A stretch of DNA of 64,000 bases. Source: Candidatus Omnitrophota bacterium (GTDB lineage Bacteria; Omnitrophota; Gorgyraeia; Duberdicusellales; 4484-171). The position numbers were made by a program, and so were the translations under genes. Below, piece after piece: positions 29,162 to 38,480 of this stretch; positions within the stretch are counted from its first letter, which is position 1; the number at the start of each line of letters is the position of its first letter. The notes under the pieces are model-generated. The model searched no databases, was not told the origin of the DNA, and was given only the letters and a program-made list of their open reading frames with translations. The stretch covers positions 533-64,532 of the forward strand of contig JBDRJF010000024.1 in assembly GCA_043815185.1 (NCBI GenBank). The letters run 5' to 3'.

Positions 29162-30370
29162 ATGCCTCTGCCCACAATCCAATCTATTGCCTGGGGAATA
29201 ATCTTAAGTTATGTTTTCTTCCGCCCATTCATAGCTGAATCCACTTTCAGTAAACTAGATATAACGCTTAACGGATTGCTGCTACTGGCTTGGGCCGGCT
29301 ATAGTTTAAAAAGGCAGATAAAAATAAGGCTAATTGACAAAACAATTCTTATCTTTTTCTTAAGCCTGCTCTTATCAACCATAAATTCTAATAACATAGT
29401 TGTTAATTTAGCTCAGATATACAAATATCTGTCACTGATAGCTGTATTTTATATTATCCGGCTCTCTAATCAAGAAGAGCAAAAGCAAATATTCTATGCT
29501 TTAGTAATTAGTGCTTCATTGGTTGCTTTATATAGCCTGCATTTTCTTTTTAATATCTCAGGATTTACCCTAGAATACCTTTCAGAACATAATATACGTT
29601 ACCCCTTCGCAAAAGAATTCTTAGCATCTAAAAGAGCTTTTGCCCCTTTCTTTTCTCCCAATCTTCTTGCCGGATATCTCATTGCAATAATAATGATTTG
29701 CCTGAACACAATCGTTAAAAGAAAAGAAGAAAAAGACTGGCTGTTCTTCCTAAGCACATTTTGTTTACTTATGAGTTCACTGGCATTATTTTTCACCAAA
29801 TCTGTGGGAGGCTGGTTTATTTTTATTATTACTTTCTCCCTATTTATACTCTTGGGAAAATTACTGAATAAGAAGAGCCTTATGATAGCATTTTCTTTAA
29901 TTGTACTCTTAGGCGCCATCGCCGTGAATAGAACACTGACTGAGGTTCACTTCAAAAACCCTTTATTTTCGTTGAATCAAAGAATATCTTATTGGAAGGA
30001 AACAATAAAAATTATCGCAGACCACCCCATAATCGGCGTAGGAGTGGGCAATTTTTCCCTGAAGGAAGCCCGGGCTGCCCATAACTCCTATCTTCAGATA
30101 TGGGCAGAAATGGGCATCTTGGGAATAGTGAGCTGGCTGGTAATTGTTTTTGTATTTATTAAACAGGGGGTAAAAAATCTTTATTCCCGAAGCGGTTATT
30201 GCTGCCTAGGAATCCTGACTGCAGGGCTATCTTTTCTCTGTTATAATCTGATTGATTTCAGCTTTTTTATATCGCAAGTTGCTTTCCTATTCTGGCTACT
30301 TCTGGGACTCACCGTAAAATATGCGGATACCGCTGATTGTTTAAGAAGAGCCCCGAGCGATAAAAACTAA
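29162..30370 (+). CDS. O-antigen ligase / O-antigen polymerase family (Wzy_C) membrane protein
   Basis: 402 aa, polytopic, with a periplasmic loop motif AHNSYLQIWAEMGILG typical of WaaL/Wzy_C proteins. It is the only convincing plus-strand gene. Confidence 0.8.
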   Translation: MPLPTIQSIAWGIILSYVFFRPFIAESTFSKLDITLNGLLLLAWAGYSLKRQIKIRLIDKTILIFFLSLLLSTINSNNIVVNLAQIYKYLSLIAVFYIIRLSNQEEQKQIFYALVISASLVALYSLHFLFNISGFTLEYLSEHNIRYPFAKEFLASKRAFAPFFSPNLLAGYLIAIIMICLNTIVKRKEEKDWLFFLSTFCLLMSSLALFFTKSVGGWFIFIITFSLFILLGKLLNKKSLMIAFSLIVLLGAIAVNRTLTEVHFKNPLFSLNQRISYWKETIKIIADHPIIGVGVGNFSLKEARAAHNSYLQIWAEMGILGIVSWLVIVFVFIKQGVKNLYSRSGYCCLGILTAGLSFLCYNLIDFSFFISQVAFLFWLLLGLTVKYADTADCLRRAPSDKN

Positions 30371-31321
30371 CCTTACTGAAAATAAAACCGCTAAGAAAAC
30401 AAAAGTCAAAAATAAAATATTCATACCAAAAACAAGAAAAACTCCGCTTACTCCCCATAACAAAGTCACAAAATAGACACTGAATAAAGCCGATTTAATA
30501 TTTTTACCGGAGAAAAGCAAATGGAGAAGAATGTGGTCATTACTTTTTCTCAAAGGCACTATGCCTTTTTTGATACGGATAATAATAAGATAGGCGGTGT
30601 CGATCAGCGGAAAAGCTAAAATAAATAACGGCACAAAAAGAACCAATGGATTCTCCAAGGTGGCATGGTCCCCGTACATACTTAGTGTGGCAAATAAAAA
30701 ACCCAAGAAGTGACTTCCAGCGTTACCCATTAATATTCGTGCCGGAGGAAGGTTAAAAAACAAAAAAGATAAAAGAGCCCCGCAGAGGCTGGCAAATAAT
30801 CCCGCTAATATATAGTCGCCGCTGGCTATTGATATGATAAAAAACGATACTGCCACAATAAAAGATACCCCGCCACACAAACCATCACCAATGTCTAAGA
30901 GATTAAATACATTTGTTACACCCACTATCCAGAGAAAAGAAATAATATAATTTATCCAGCAAGGAAAATAATAGATGTCGACTTTTTTACCCTTAATGAG
31001 AAATACTGCCACAATAAGCACCTGAAGAAATATTTTGGTAAAAAGAGTTAACTCCCGTAAATCATCCAAAAACCCAAAAATCCATACCACAGATGAAAAA
31101 ATAAGTATATGCATTAAAGGGCCGGGGATTACACCGTTCCTGTACTTAGAAAAAACCAAAAAGATGAGCATAAATGAGAAAAATAAACTAACTCCTCCGA
31201 GAACAGATTTATTTTCGTTATTGCGGAAAAAAGAACTCTTAAGGCGCTTATTGGTTAATATCCCTAAAAGAAGAAATCCTACGATAAAAGATAATGGAAA
31301 AAAAGTTAGGTATGGTTTCAT
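30341..31321 (-). CDS. Polyprenyl-phosphate N-acetylhexosamine-1-phosphate transferase (WecA/MraY, GT4-family initiating enzyme)
   Basis: It is polytopic, with NVFNLLDIGDGL and NAGSHFLGF motifs. I place the start at ATG 31321..31319, which overlaps the upstream TGA as TGATG. The track start at 31378 is a likely over-extension. Confidence 0.85.
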   Translation of the reverse strand: MKPYLTFFPLSFIVGFLLLGILTNKRLKSSFFRNNENKSVLGGVSLFFSFMLIFLVFSKYRNGVIPGPLMHILIFSSVVWIFGFLDDLRELTLFTKIFLQVLIVAVFLIKGKKVDIYYFPCWINYIISFLWIVGVTNVFNLLDIGDGLCGGVSFIVAVSFFIISIASGDYILAGLFASLCGALLSFLFFNLPPARILMGNAGSHFLGFLFATLSMYGDHATLENPLVLFVPLFILAFPLIDTAYLIIIRIKKGIVPLRKSNDHILLHLLFSGKNIKSALFSVYFVTLLWGVSGVFLVFGMNILFLTFVFLAVLFSVRLVFIARGSS

Positions 31322-32442
31322 CAGTTTAGCGACTGGTAAAGTTTTTCTGTTTCTTGAATCATTCTCGCCTGAGACCAATAACTCATGTTGATATTTTCCC
31401 TCTCTTGTTTAACTATTTTATTCCAATGCTTATAGTTACGCAACAAATCTTTACAAATTACCGGCATTCTTTCTAAATCATCCAGTTCGACTACTTTTCC
31501 CTGTTTATTATTCTCTACGATATCTAAAACACCCCTCGTGTTGGTTATAACCACAGGAATCCCGCTTATTACCGCCTCAATCAGGGCGACTGGCAATCCC
31601 TCCCATAACGAGGTCAGCACAAACAAAGAAGCCTTATGATAAAATGGGTAGACATCTTTATTCCAACCGGTTAGGATTACTTTCTGCTCCAGCCCCAGGG
31701 CTTTTATTCTCTTCTTAAGCTGTTCCCGTAACGGGCCATCACCAATTATATAAAATTTTGTCCGAGGTAATTCTCCACTCAGACAACTAGCAATCTGTAA
31801 GAAATGATTCAACCCCTTTTGGGCTTTCAATGCTGAGACAGTAATCACTGAAGTCTCTCTAGCAGAGAAGTTTTTTCTTTCTTCATATATCTTCTTAAAA
31901 GATTCCACATCGACACCGTAGTGGATCAAAGTTAATTTCCTTATGGAAGCCACTTTCTTTACCACAGCTACTGTAAAATCAGCTTGAGACACAACAATAA
32001 TTTTCTTGGTAATTAAAGAACTTACTTTCTCTAAGATAAAATATAACCGATATACTAACCGGTTCATGAAACGGTGGAAAGGCCACCCATGAACTGTATA
32101 TATAATATTGCGTGAACCAGCAAAGAATGCGGCCCACCGGCCTAAAACAGAAGCTTTGGGAGAATGGGTATGAATAAGGTCAAATTTATTTCTCCGGATA
32201 TAAAAATATAGTTTGGCAAAAGCAATAAAGTCATAAATTGGGTTTATTCTTCGTGTCAGTTCCGGTATTAATTTTAGATTTAAACGGGAAAAATTCACAA
32301 ATTCTTCTTTAAGATAACCGCAATCCCCGGCACATAGGTATAAAGAATACTCATCGGGGTCGAGTTTCTTTATAAGGGAAAGTAACTGCTTCTGAGCCCC
32401 ACCCAATTCTAAATGAGTGATTACAAAAAGGACCTTCTTCAT
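31321..32442 (-). CDS. Glycosyltransferase, GT4 family (GT-B fold)
   Basis: 373 aa with the N-terminal LGGAQ motif and the C-terminal EGLPVALIEAVISGIPVV (E-x7-E) motif. Confidence 0.85.
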   Translation of the reverse strand: MKKVLFVITHLELGGAQKQLLSLIKKLDPDEYSLYLCAGDCGYLKEEFVNFSRLNLKLIPELTRRINPIYDFIAFAKLYFYIRRNKFDLIHTHSPKASVLGRWAAFFAGSRNIIYTVHGWPFHRFMNRLVYRLYFILEKVSSLITKKIIVVSQADFTVAVVKKVASIRKLTLIHYGVDVESFKKIYEERKNFSARETSVITVSALKAQKGLNHFLQIASCLSGELPRTKFYIIGDGPLREQLKKRIKALGLEQKVILTGWNKDVYPFYHKASLFVLTSLWEGLPVALIEAVISGIPVVITNTRGVLDIVENNKQGKVVELDDLERMPVICKDLLRNYKHWNKIVKQERENINMSYWSQARMIQETEKLYQSLN

Positions 32443-33551
32443 TATCCGACGATATCAACGATTTTATCTTGATAGATCTTAAAACATAGGCTATCAGGAA
32501 TATAAAGTTTACTTACGCGATTGGCTGCTAGTCTGTCTCTTGGCTCAAAAAGCGCTTTTGATACTTCCTCGATAGTATAATCAGATCCTGAACCGAATAT
32601 TTTGTAAACTTCCTTCAACCCGCCGCTCTTAGGATAAAAAGTCTTCTTACCAAAAGCAAGCGCTTCTGCTACGGCTATACCAAAGGGCTCTTCCCTTCGG
32701 AAAGGAAATACGCAGATGTCACTTAAAGACAATATCTTATCAACATCTTCTCTGAATCCTAAAAGAAAAACATTTTTGAGATTATTTTTTTTGATTATTT
32801 CCTCAATTTTTCTTTTATAACAACAGCTTTTTGTGGTTAAGAAAGAAATATCCCCCACAATAAGCAAAAATAAATCTTGCGAACTAGCTAAAACATCCAG
32901 AAAGTCTTCAATGAACTCATATTGCCCTTTTAGGGGGTGAATACGAGAGACAATTGTAACAACCGTCGCTTCAACAGGAAGATTAAACTCCTTTCTGGCT
33001 AATAAATAATCATGTATTGTATAGTCATCGGGGCTTAAAGGCTCATAAACTATACTGGCTCCATTTTTGATGGAAAACTTATCGCTGATTGCTTTCGACT
33101 GACAGATTATTTTACTTGCGAACATTTTAACAAATAATCCTGAGATTTTATTTAATAGATTCTGTAAAAAAAACTCCCTTAGATACCAGATATGTTCCTT
33201 GTTTGTAATTTTTGCAATAATTCCCGGAGAAAACAAAAGCAGACTATTGGTGCAGATTATATCTGTTTTGCTGAAGCTAACATAAAAAACAAAATAGATG
33301 ACGTTTAAGATAAAAAGCAAGACAGTTTTAATAAGATAAACCGGTGACCAAGAAGCAGTTAATATCGGCAGTGGAAATATTTTTATCTTGATATCGGCGG
33401 AAATATTTTTTAATCTTTCCGCCAAAAGGCCTCTTTTGGGTAAAACTACGGTAACAGAGAATTTGTCTTTTATCGCTTTAACAAAATTTATTACTCCTCT
33501 TTCTGCTCCGTATAGGGAAGACCCGGCATTGAAAATAATAATTCTTTTCAT
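32442..33551 (-). CDS. Glycosyltransferase, GT4-like (GT-B fold)
   Basis: 369 aa with the EPFGIAVAEALAFG E-x7-E-type motif. Confidence 0.7.
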   Translation of the reverse strand: MKRIIIFNAGSSLYGAERGVINFVKAIKDKFSVTVVLPKRGLLAERLKNISADIKIKIFPLPILTASWSPVYLIKTVLLFILNVIYFVFYVSFSKTDIICTNSLLLFSPGIIAKITNKEHIWYLREFFLQNLLNKISGLFVKMFASKIICQSKAISDKFSIKNGASIVYEPLSPDDYTIHDYLLARKEFNLPVEATVVTIVSRIHPLKGQYEFIEDFLDVLASSQDLFLLIVGDISFLTTKSCCYKRKIEEIIKKNNLKNVFLLGFREDVDKILSLSDICVFPFRREEPFGIAVAEALAFGKKTFYPKSGGLKEVYKIFGSGSDYTIEEVSKALFEPRDRLAANRVSKLYIPDSLCFKIYQDKIVDIVG

Positions 33552-33553
33552 TA

Positions 33554-34297
33554 TTAGTTTTTGCTCAATTTCTTCCTAAATAATCCGTACATTCTGCCAA
33601 AACATAAAATAATTACCCGAAAAAAAGCCTCGATAATTATCCCTAATGACATCTTGGATTTTTCATGCCTTCGGCCTTTAAATATTATCGGATACTCTAT
33701 TATTTTAAACCCTTTTAAAAAGGTGCGATAGACCATCTCAACCTGGAAAGCATAACCCTTAGAAATAATATTATTGATACCAATTTCCTCAAGCACATTG
33801 CGTTTCATGCATTTGAATCCACTGGTTAAATCATTCACAGGCACTCTCAGTAATATCCGGGAAAATATATTAGCGAATCTGCTCAATAAAATTCTGGTAA
33901 GCGGCCAGCTAGACACTCCGCCACCCTTAATATACCTGCTTCCTAAAACTAAACTACAATCAGAAAGCAGGTTAATTATTCCGGGGATAGACCGGAAATC
34001 ATGAGATGAATCAGCATCCATCTGAATTATTACATTATATTCGCTGTCTAGAGCATACTTAAACCCTTCGACATAAGCACCACCCATCCCTAAGCGGCGT
34101 TGTCTTGTTAATAAAAATAACCTCGAGTATTTTTTTTGTAACCCGGCCACTCTCTGCGATGTCCCATCGGGTGAGTTATCATCCACGACCAGTATAGATA
34201 AATTAAGTCCTAAAGAAAAAATATTTTCAATAAGAAAGGTAACATTGCCCACTTCATTGTAGGTAGGTATAATAACTATTATCTCTTTTCCGGGCAT
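33554..34297 (-). CDS. Polyprenyl-phosphate sugar synthase (Dpm1/GtrB-like GT2)
   Basis: 247 aa with IIPTYNE..N, VVDDNSPDGT and a DAD..H motif. It has a C-terminal hydrophobic tail as in GtrB/Dpm1-type enzymes. Confidence 0.85.
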   Translation of the reverse strand: MPGKEIIVIIPTYNEVGNVTFLIENIFSLGLNLSILVVDDNSPDGTSQRVAGLQKKYSRLFLLTRQRRLGMGGAYVEGFKYALDSEYNVIIQMDADSSHDFRSIPGIINLLSDCSLVLGSRYIKGGGVSSWPLTRILLSRFANIFSRILLRVPVNDLTSGFKCMKRNVLEEIGINNIISKGYAFQVEMVYRTFLKGFKIIEYPIIFKGRRHEKSKMSLGIIIEAFFRVIILCFGRMYGLFRKKLSKN

Positions 34298-34425
34298 ATT
34301 GTATTAAGCTTATATCCTAATCTGCGTGTTTTGTGATATTAGCTTGATAATTTAAGGGCTGGCATTTCAAACATTCACTCTATTTTATAATATCGCAAAA
34401 AACTATTAGCCCGCTGTCTTAAGAA

Positions 34426-34434
34426 ATTATATCA
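34426..34434 (-). promoter_or_regulatory. Extended -10 element TGATATAAT upstream of the Dpm1-like/GT/WecA sub-operon
   Basis: Plus-strand attatatca at 34426-34434, inside a 360-bp AT-rich spacer. Confidence 0.3.
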
Positions 34435-34657
34435 TAATCTGGATAAATCAATAAAGTCTTTAAATATTCGATAAATTGATTCATTTTACTATTCATATAG
34501 TATCTCTTTTCCGGTATCCAATGCGCAAACTATTTAGCTCTTCGAGAATGCCCGAATAGTCCACACTCCACCTCCTATCCCATAATCGGAAATCCCCCTA
34601 TAAAAACCACTGTTTTTTTGGGGCTCATGTGCTAGGGCCATCGGCGGATAGAGTAAT

Positions 34658-35392
34658 TTAACTCGCATTACCACTCCTTGATACTATGGCCCCGTCTTTA
34701 AGACTGAACTTATTCAAAAAATAGTCTTTAGAAATTACGAATTCCTTCCCCAAAATCTTAACATACAATATAAATTCCCTCATATTAAAACTGAAATTGG
34801 CCATGAGTACTTTCAAAGCCTTCCTGTTAAAAGTATTCACACCGACAACAGCGCGCTTACATCCCATGTCCTTAATATACCTTAACCTTTTATAAACTAC
34901 CGCCGTGTGAATCTTTTGTTTTCTAAAGCGGGGGAATGTGTATGAGTTAAAAAGATATATCTCATCATCAGCAACCGCAACAAATCTCGCTCCTTGCCTT
35001 CTTAACCACGAATAATGCCCAATTATTCCGTCTTTACGATAAAGAAAACAAACATTCCCAATATTGAACCTATCCTTGAATTTTTTAAGCGTTAACGGCC
35101 CAAAATATCTATCCAGCTTTCCTTTATCGAATCTCTCTAAAACTTCTATATTGCCGTTTAAGCCGGTATCGGGGAAAGAAATTTTGTCTATGTCCTTGGT
35201 TAAGACAAAAAAGGCATTACACCATACGGCTCTAAAACAGATGCCCCGCACAACATAAGCTACCGCAGACCATACCCCATCAATTCGTGCTCTCTTTTTA
35301 ACTTCAAGAAAGAGATTGATATACCATTGTCTTATCGCGCTTATGCTGCAACCAGATTCTACTCTATCCGCCACTAATTTCATATAACGCAA
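34658..35392 (-). CDS. Atypical GNAT-fold acyltransferase-like protein
   Basis: 244 aa and a clear paralog of 41837..42403 (GHYSWL vs GYSWL). The segment FPRFRKQKIHTAVVYKRLRYIKDMGCKRAVVGVNTFNRKALKVL aligns with LPNFRGKEIHAALTVERLRFIEKSKYQRVAALVSVNNTSARRAF. The start is ambiguous (TTG 35392 or ATG 35383). Confidence 0.55.
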   Translation of the reverse strand: MRYMKLVADRVESGCSISAIRQWYINLFLEVKKRARIDGVWSAVAYVVRGICFRAVWCNAFFVLTKDIDKISFPDTGLNGNIEVLERFDKGKLDRYFGPLTLKKFKDRFNIGNVCFLYRKDGIIGHYSWLRRQGARFVAVADDEIYLFNSYTFPRFRKQKIHTAVVYKRLRYIKDMGCKRAVVGVNTFNRKALKVLMANFSFNMREFILYVKILGKEFVISKDYFLNKFSLKDGAIVSRSGNAS

Positions 35393-35399
35393 AACATTC

Positions 35400-36488
35400 T
35401 TACCGGGAAAAACATTTTTTAAATCTCTTAAGTTTTTCTGTTAAGCTTTCTTTATAACAGCCTCTAATTACCAAACATTCAATCTCTTTACAGCCGGCCA
35501 TTTCACTCTTTTTCTTTTTTGCTTTTGACAAATTCCATATATCGCGCAAAGAACGTTCGGCAACATTACCAATACTTCCAATATGTGAACTATTATAACT
35601 ACAAAGATAAACATTCCCTTGATCCTTAATCATTAGCTGCCTTCCGATTGCTTCGCACCTTTTCTTTGTTAATTCTGGAGATCGATGAAAATACATCTTA
35701 AGCCGTCTTAGATTGTCATAAGAATTCATTATCGATTCGTTATTTTTCTTCATATTTATGAGAGAATCAATGATGTAATCGAGCTTCTGAGAATCTCTAG
35801 GAAACATACTTCTTACTACTTTATTGTTACCATGCTGCGCCTTATAAACAGTATCACTTACTCCCTGCAATGAAATGTAAAGTTTATTTTTATGTGCAAA
35901 TTCTGCAAGCGGTAAAATTGCATCAATATTGTAATCCATAATTGTCGTATTGATACATACAGACACTTTGCCTTTCAAGAATTCTATCGCTTGGATGACC
36001 CGCTTATAAGTACCCGGCATTCCCCGAAGCCGATCGTGAATTTCTGGCTTGTGCCCATCGAGTGAAATATTAACCGATAATACGTTAAACTGGGCCAGTT
36101 TCTGGGCTACCGAACGGTCAATACAGGTTCCGTTTGTTGTAATAAAAGCAGGGAGGCCGTTAATATCGCAAAACTCTAATAATTCCAAAAGATCTTTTCG
36201 GCAAAACGGCTCTCCCCCATAAAATCTAATAAAATAAGGGCCGATGTATTTTTTAACATCAAGAATAATCCGCTTCCATTGCTCAGTAGATAGTTCTGGC
36301 CGAGGCTTAGTTTTCCATACTTCGCACTGCAGGCATTTTAAATTACACCGCCTTGTCAATTTCATATTGATATAATTGGGAGGTAATGAGACTCGAGCAG
36401 CTATCGACGGACAAACACCTTGGATAACTTCATTGAAAACAGCTCGTATACCTGCAGGGACTATCCTATTAAATTTTACTTTTACCAT
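35400..36488 (-). CDS. Radical SAM protein with SPASM/twitch-like C-terminal Cys cluster
   Basis: 362 aa with CNLKCLQC (CX3CX2C), GGEP and a TTNG motif. The C-terminal Cys pattern is C..G....YLC ... GCKEIECLVIRGC. Confidence 0.85.
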   Translation of the reverse strand: MVKVKFNRIVPAGIRAVFNEVIQGVCPSIAARVSLPPNYINMKLTRRCNLKCLQCEVWKTKPRPELSTEQWKRIILDVKKYIGPYFIRFYGGEPFCRKDLLELLEFCDINGLPAFITTNGTCIDRSVAQKLAQFNVLSVNISLDGHKPEIHDRLRGMPGTYKRVIQAIEFLKGKVSVCINTTIMDYNIDAILPLAEFAHKNKLYISLQGVSDTVYKAQHGNNKVVRSMFPRDSQKLDYIIDSLINMKKNNESIMNSYDNLRRLKMYFHRSPELTKKRCEAIGRQLMIKDQGNVYLCSYNSSHIGSIGNVAERSLRDIWNLSKAKKKKSEMAGCKEIECLVIRGCYKESLTEKLKRFKKCFSR

Positions 36489-36535
36489 CGTATATTCGTA
36501 TTTATATTGTAGTAAAATTATGTGCCAATATTATA

Positions 36536-37354
36536 CTACCTTTCAATAAAATTATTGCCTACAACCCTGTCTATGCTAAAGCATAACTTGCCCGGATCCT
36601 GCGTTTGCTTAATAAAATATGCGTTCCCCTTTGTAAATATCTTACGCTTGAAATACCTGTTATATTTAACAGCAAAGGATTCTCTACACTCTTCACTGCA
36701 GGTGCAAGTAGGGCTGTAATACCTTGACCTGTCATGTCCACCGGCAACATTGCAGTACCTTGAAGTTGTTATATACATAAATGGGTGGTAAATATGGGCC
36801 TTAAAACCTCGCTCTTTAATTTGTAGATGAGTAGTTGCTAATTGGTTTAAGCTATTAAACTCAAGCCGAAATATTTTTTCGGCTTTAAGTAAATCTAAGA
36901 ATTGTTCAGGAAATAAACAATAAAAGCGCCGTCGCTTATTGGAGCTAAAATGCCGCATAGCCTCGTTATAATGAAACTTTGAAAGATAACGTGATACCAA
37001 AATTCTCCCTAAAACACGCTGAAAGCTGCTTGCGCGTTTATTAAGCAATTTCAAAAGCCCCCAGTCATTAATGACTATTTCAGCATTAATATTATTTACG
37101 TCGATAAAATCTATGAGCTTTATGAGCCTGGTCATACCCTGATTGGTGAGAAAAGGTGTAACTAAGGTAAGTTTTTTGCTGTACCGTCGGCAAAAATTAA
37201 CGGCCCTATCTACTGAAGCTGCTGAAGGAAGGTACTGTTCGCAAAACTCATCACCCAAATATGCGCAGTCATAATCTATCGGGTCATCAAATTCAATATT
37301 CTTATTGAGGAATATTCCTCTTTCCATTATGCTGCCAATTGCTTTTCTCGGCAT
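36536..37354 (-). CDS. U32-family protein, UbiV-like
   Basis: AYLGDEFCEQ, LTLVTPFLT, IVINDWGLLKLL and YITTSRYCNVAGG line up with the UbiV/YhbV pattern (IYLGEAVCSKR, IVLSTLALV, ASDLG, AYSARCF). It has a Cys-rich C-terminus (CTCSEEC). An alternative start at ATG 37327 overlaps the upstream TAA. Confidence 0.6.
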   Translation of the reverse strand: MPRKAIGSIMERGIFLNKNIEFDDPIDYDCAYLGDEFCEQYLPSAASVDRAVNFCRRYSKKLTLVTPFLTNQGMTRLIKLIDFIDVNNINAEIVINDWGLLKLLNKRASSFQRVLGRILVSRYLSKFHYNEAMRHFSSNKRRRFYCLFPEQFLDLLKAEKIFRLEFNSLNQLATTHLQIKERGFKAHIYHPFMYITTSRYCNVAGGHDRSRYYSPTCTCSEECRESFAVKYNRYFKRKIFTKGNAYFIKQTQDPGKLCFSIDRVVGNNFIER

Positions 37355-38451
37355 CGCCTGCGGCGCACTTCAATATGATGGCACTCTTTCTTTTGGCAAT
37401 CCTCTCCGTACACCTTCTTATATATGCTCTCACCGCGTAAAACAAAATTGTTCTTATCAATTAAACCATTCTTAATTCCGTTTAAATATCTTCGGGCAAA
37501 CAAAACATCATTGACCTTCCTTCTGGCCAGTGAACTGCGGCCGCCTATCTTGCCTATATAGATATCAAACCGATTAAAGAAATATATTGAACAAAGTGTG
37601 CAATATTGCCGTACAAAATCCCTCTCAACCGAGGCATCATTAACCGTTTTTTCTTTCTGATATTCCCCATTTACCCGCTTTAACACTTCTAAGGTGCCCT
37701 TTGCTTTGCAAAAACGGCTAAGATTAAAAATAGCAGGCATGTTAGACGCCCATAAGATCTGGCCAAATTTACTTTTAAGGAAAGGGGGTATTAATTTTGA
37801 TATTTGTCTTAACCAGAATAAAATGAAATTCCATCTCGATCTATAATAAGATTTAATAAATTCGTCAGATCCGAATTTGTGGTATAAACAGTTGGCATTA
37901 ACATTCTTACAAGCGGTATTATTGATAAAAACCTCGACTTCTAAACCCAGGCCCCGGGCATCCTGCGAAATCTCCTTAATTTCTGCCAGTGTTAATTGGC
38001 TTAAAGGAAGGATTACTCTATCAACTCCTAAATCTTTGACATATTCCAGGGCCAGAGAGTTAAAGCAGGCATTTAGGCAACTGAGACTAATTCGGCAATT
38101 GTTGCTCTTATGCCTGATGTAGGGAATCAGAGTTGTGTCGGCGATAATAAATCCGGCTATACCGATATCAATAGCTCTTGATATGTCAGCACAAAGCAAT
38201 TCAAAACCTCCTTGCGGCAGATATTCATTAATACAAAGATAAATCGGGACTTTGTAACCTTGTGTTATTTTTAATGCCTGTTCTAATTCTCTAAAACCAT
38301 GTAAACTGCCATAAAACATGTGGCGATAATTGGGAAACATTTTTCGCTTTCTCCAATCCCGGCTATTGATACCGCAATAAAGTTCGTCTGCCCCGGCTTC
38401 AATAAGAAGCCTTACCTCATTAACTGTATCAAAAGGCGCTATTATTTTCAT
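37327..38451 (-). CDS. U32-family protein, UbiU-like
   Basis: MKIIAPFDTVNEVRLLIEAGADELYCG, VPIYLCIN, GFIIADTTLIPYIR, VDRVILPLSQLTLAEIKEIS and LEVEVFINNTAC follow the peptidase-U32 N-terminal TIM-barrel pattern. There are several downstream Cys pairs. Confidence 0.7.
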   Translation of the reverse strand: MKIIAPFDTVNEVRLLIEAGADELYCGINSRDWRKRKMFPNYRHMFYGSLHGFRELEQALKITQGYKVPIYLCINEYLPQGGFELLCADISRAIDIGIAGFIIADTTLIPYIRHKSNNCRISLSCLNACFNSLALEYVKDLGVDRVILPLSQLTLAEIKEISQDARGLGLEVEVFINNTACKNVNANCLYHKFGSDEFIKSYYRSRWNFILFWLRQISKLIPPFLKSKFGQILWASNMPAIFNLSRFCKAKGTLEVLKRVNGEYQKEKTVNDASVERDFVRQYCTLCSIYFFNRFDIYIGKIGGRSSLARRKVNDVLFARRYLNGIKNGLIDKNNFVLRGESIYKKVYGEDCQKKECHHIEVRRRRCREKQLAA

Positions 38452-38480
38452 GCCGCGTTATTCTCCTTCAATGCCCGCGT

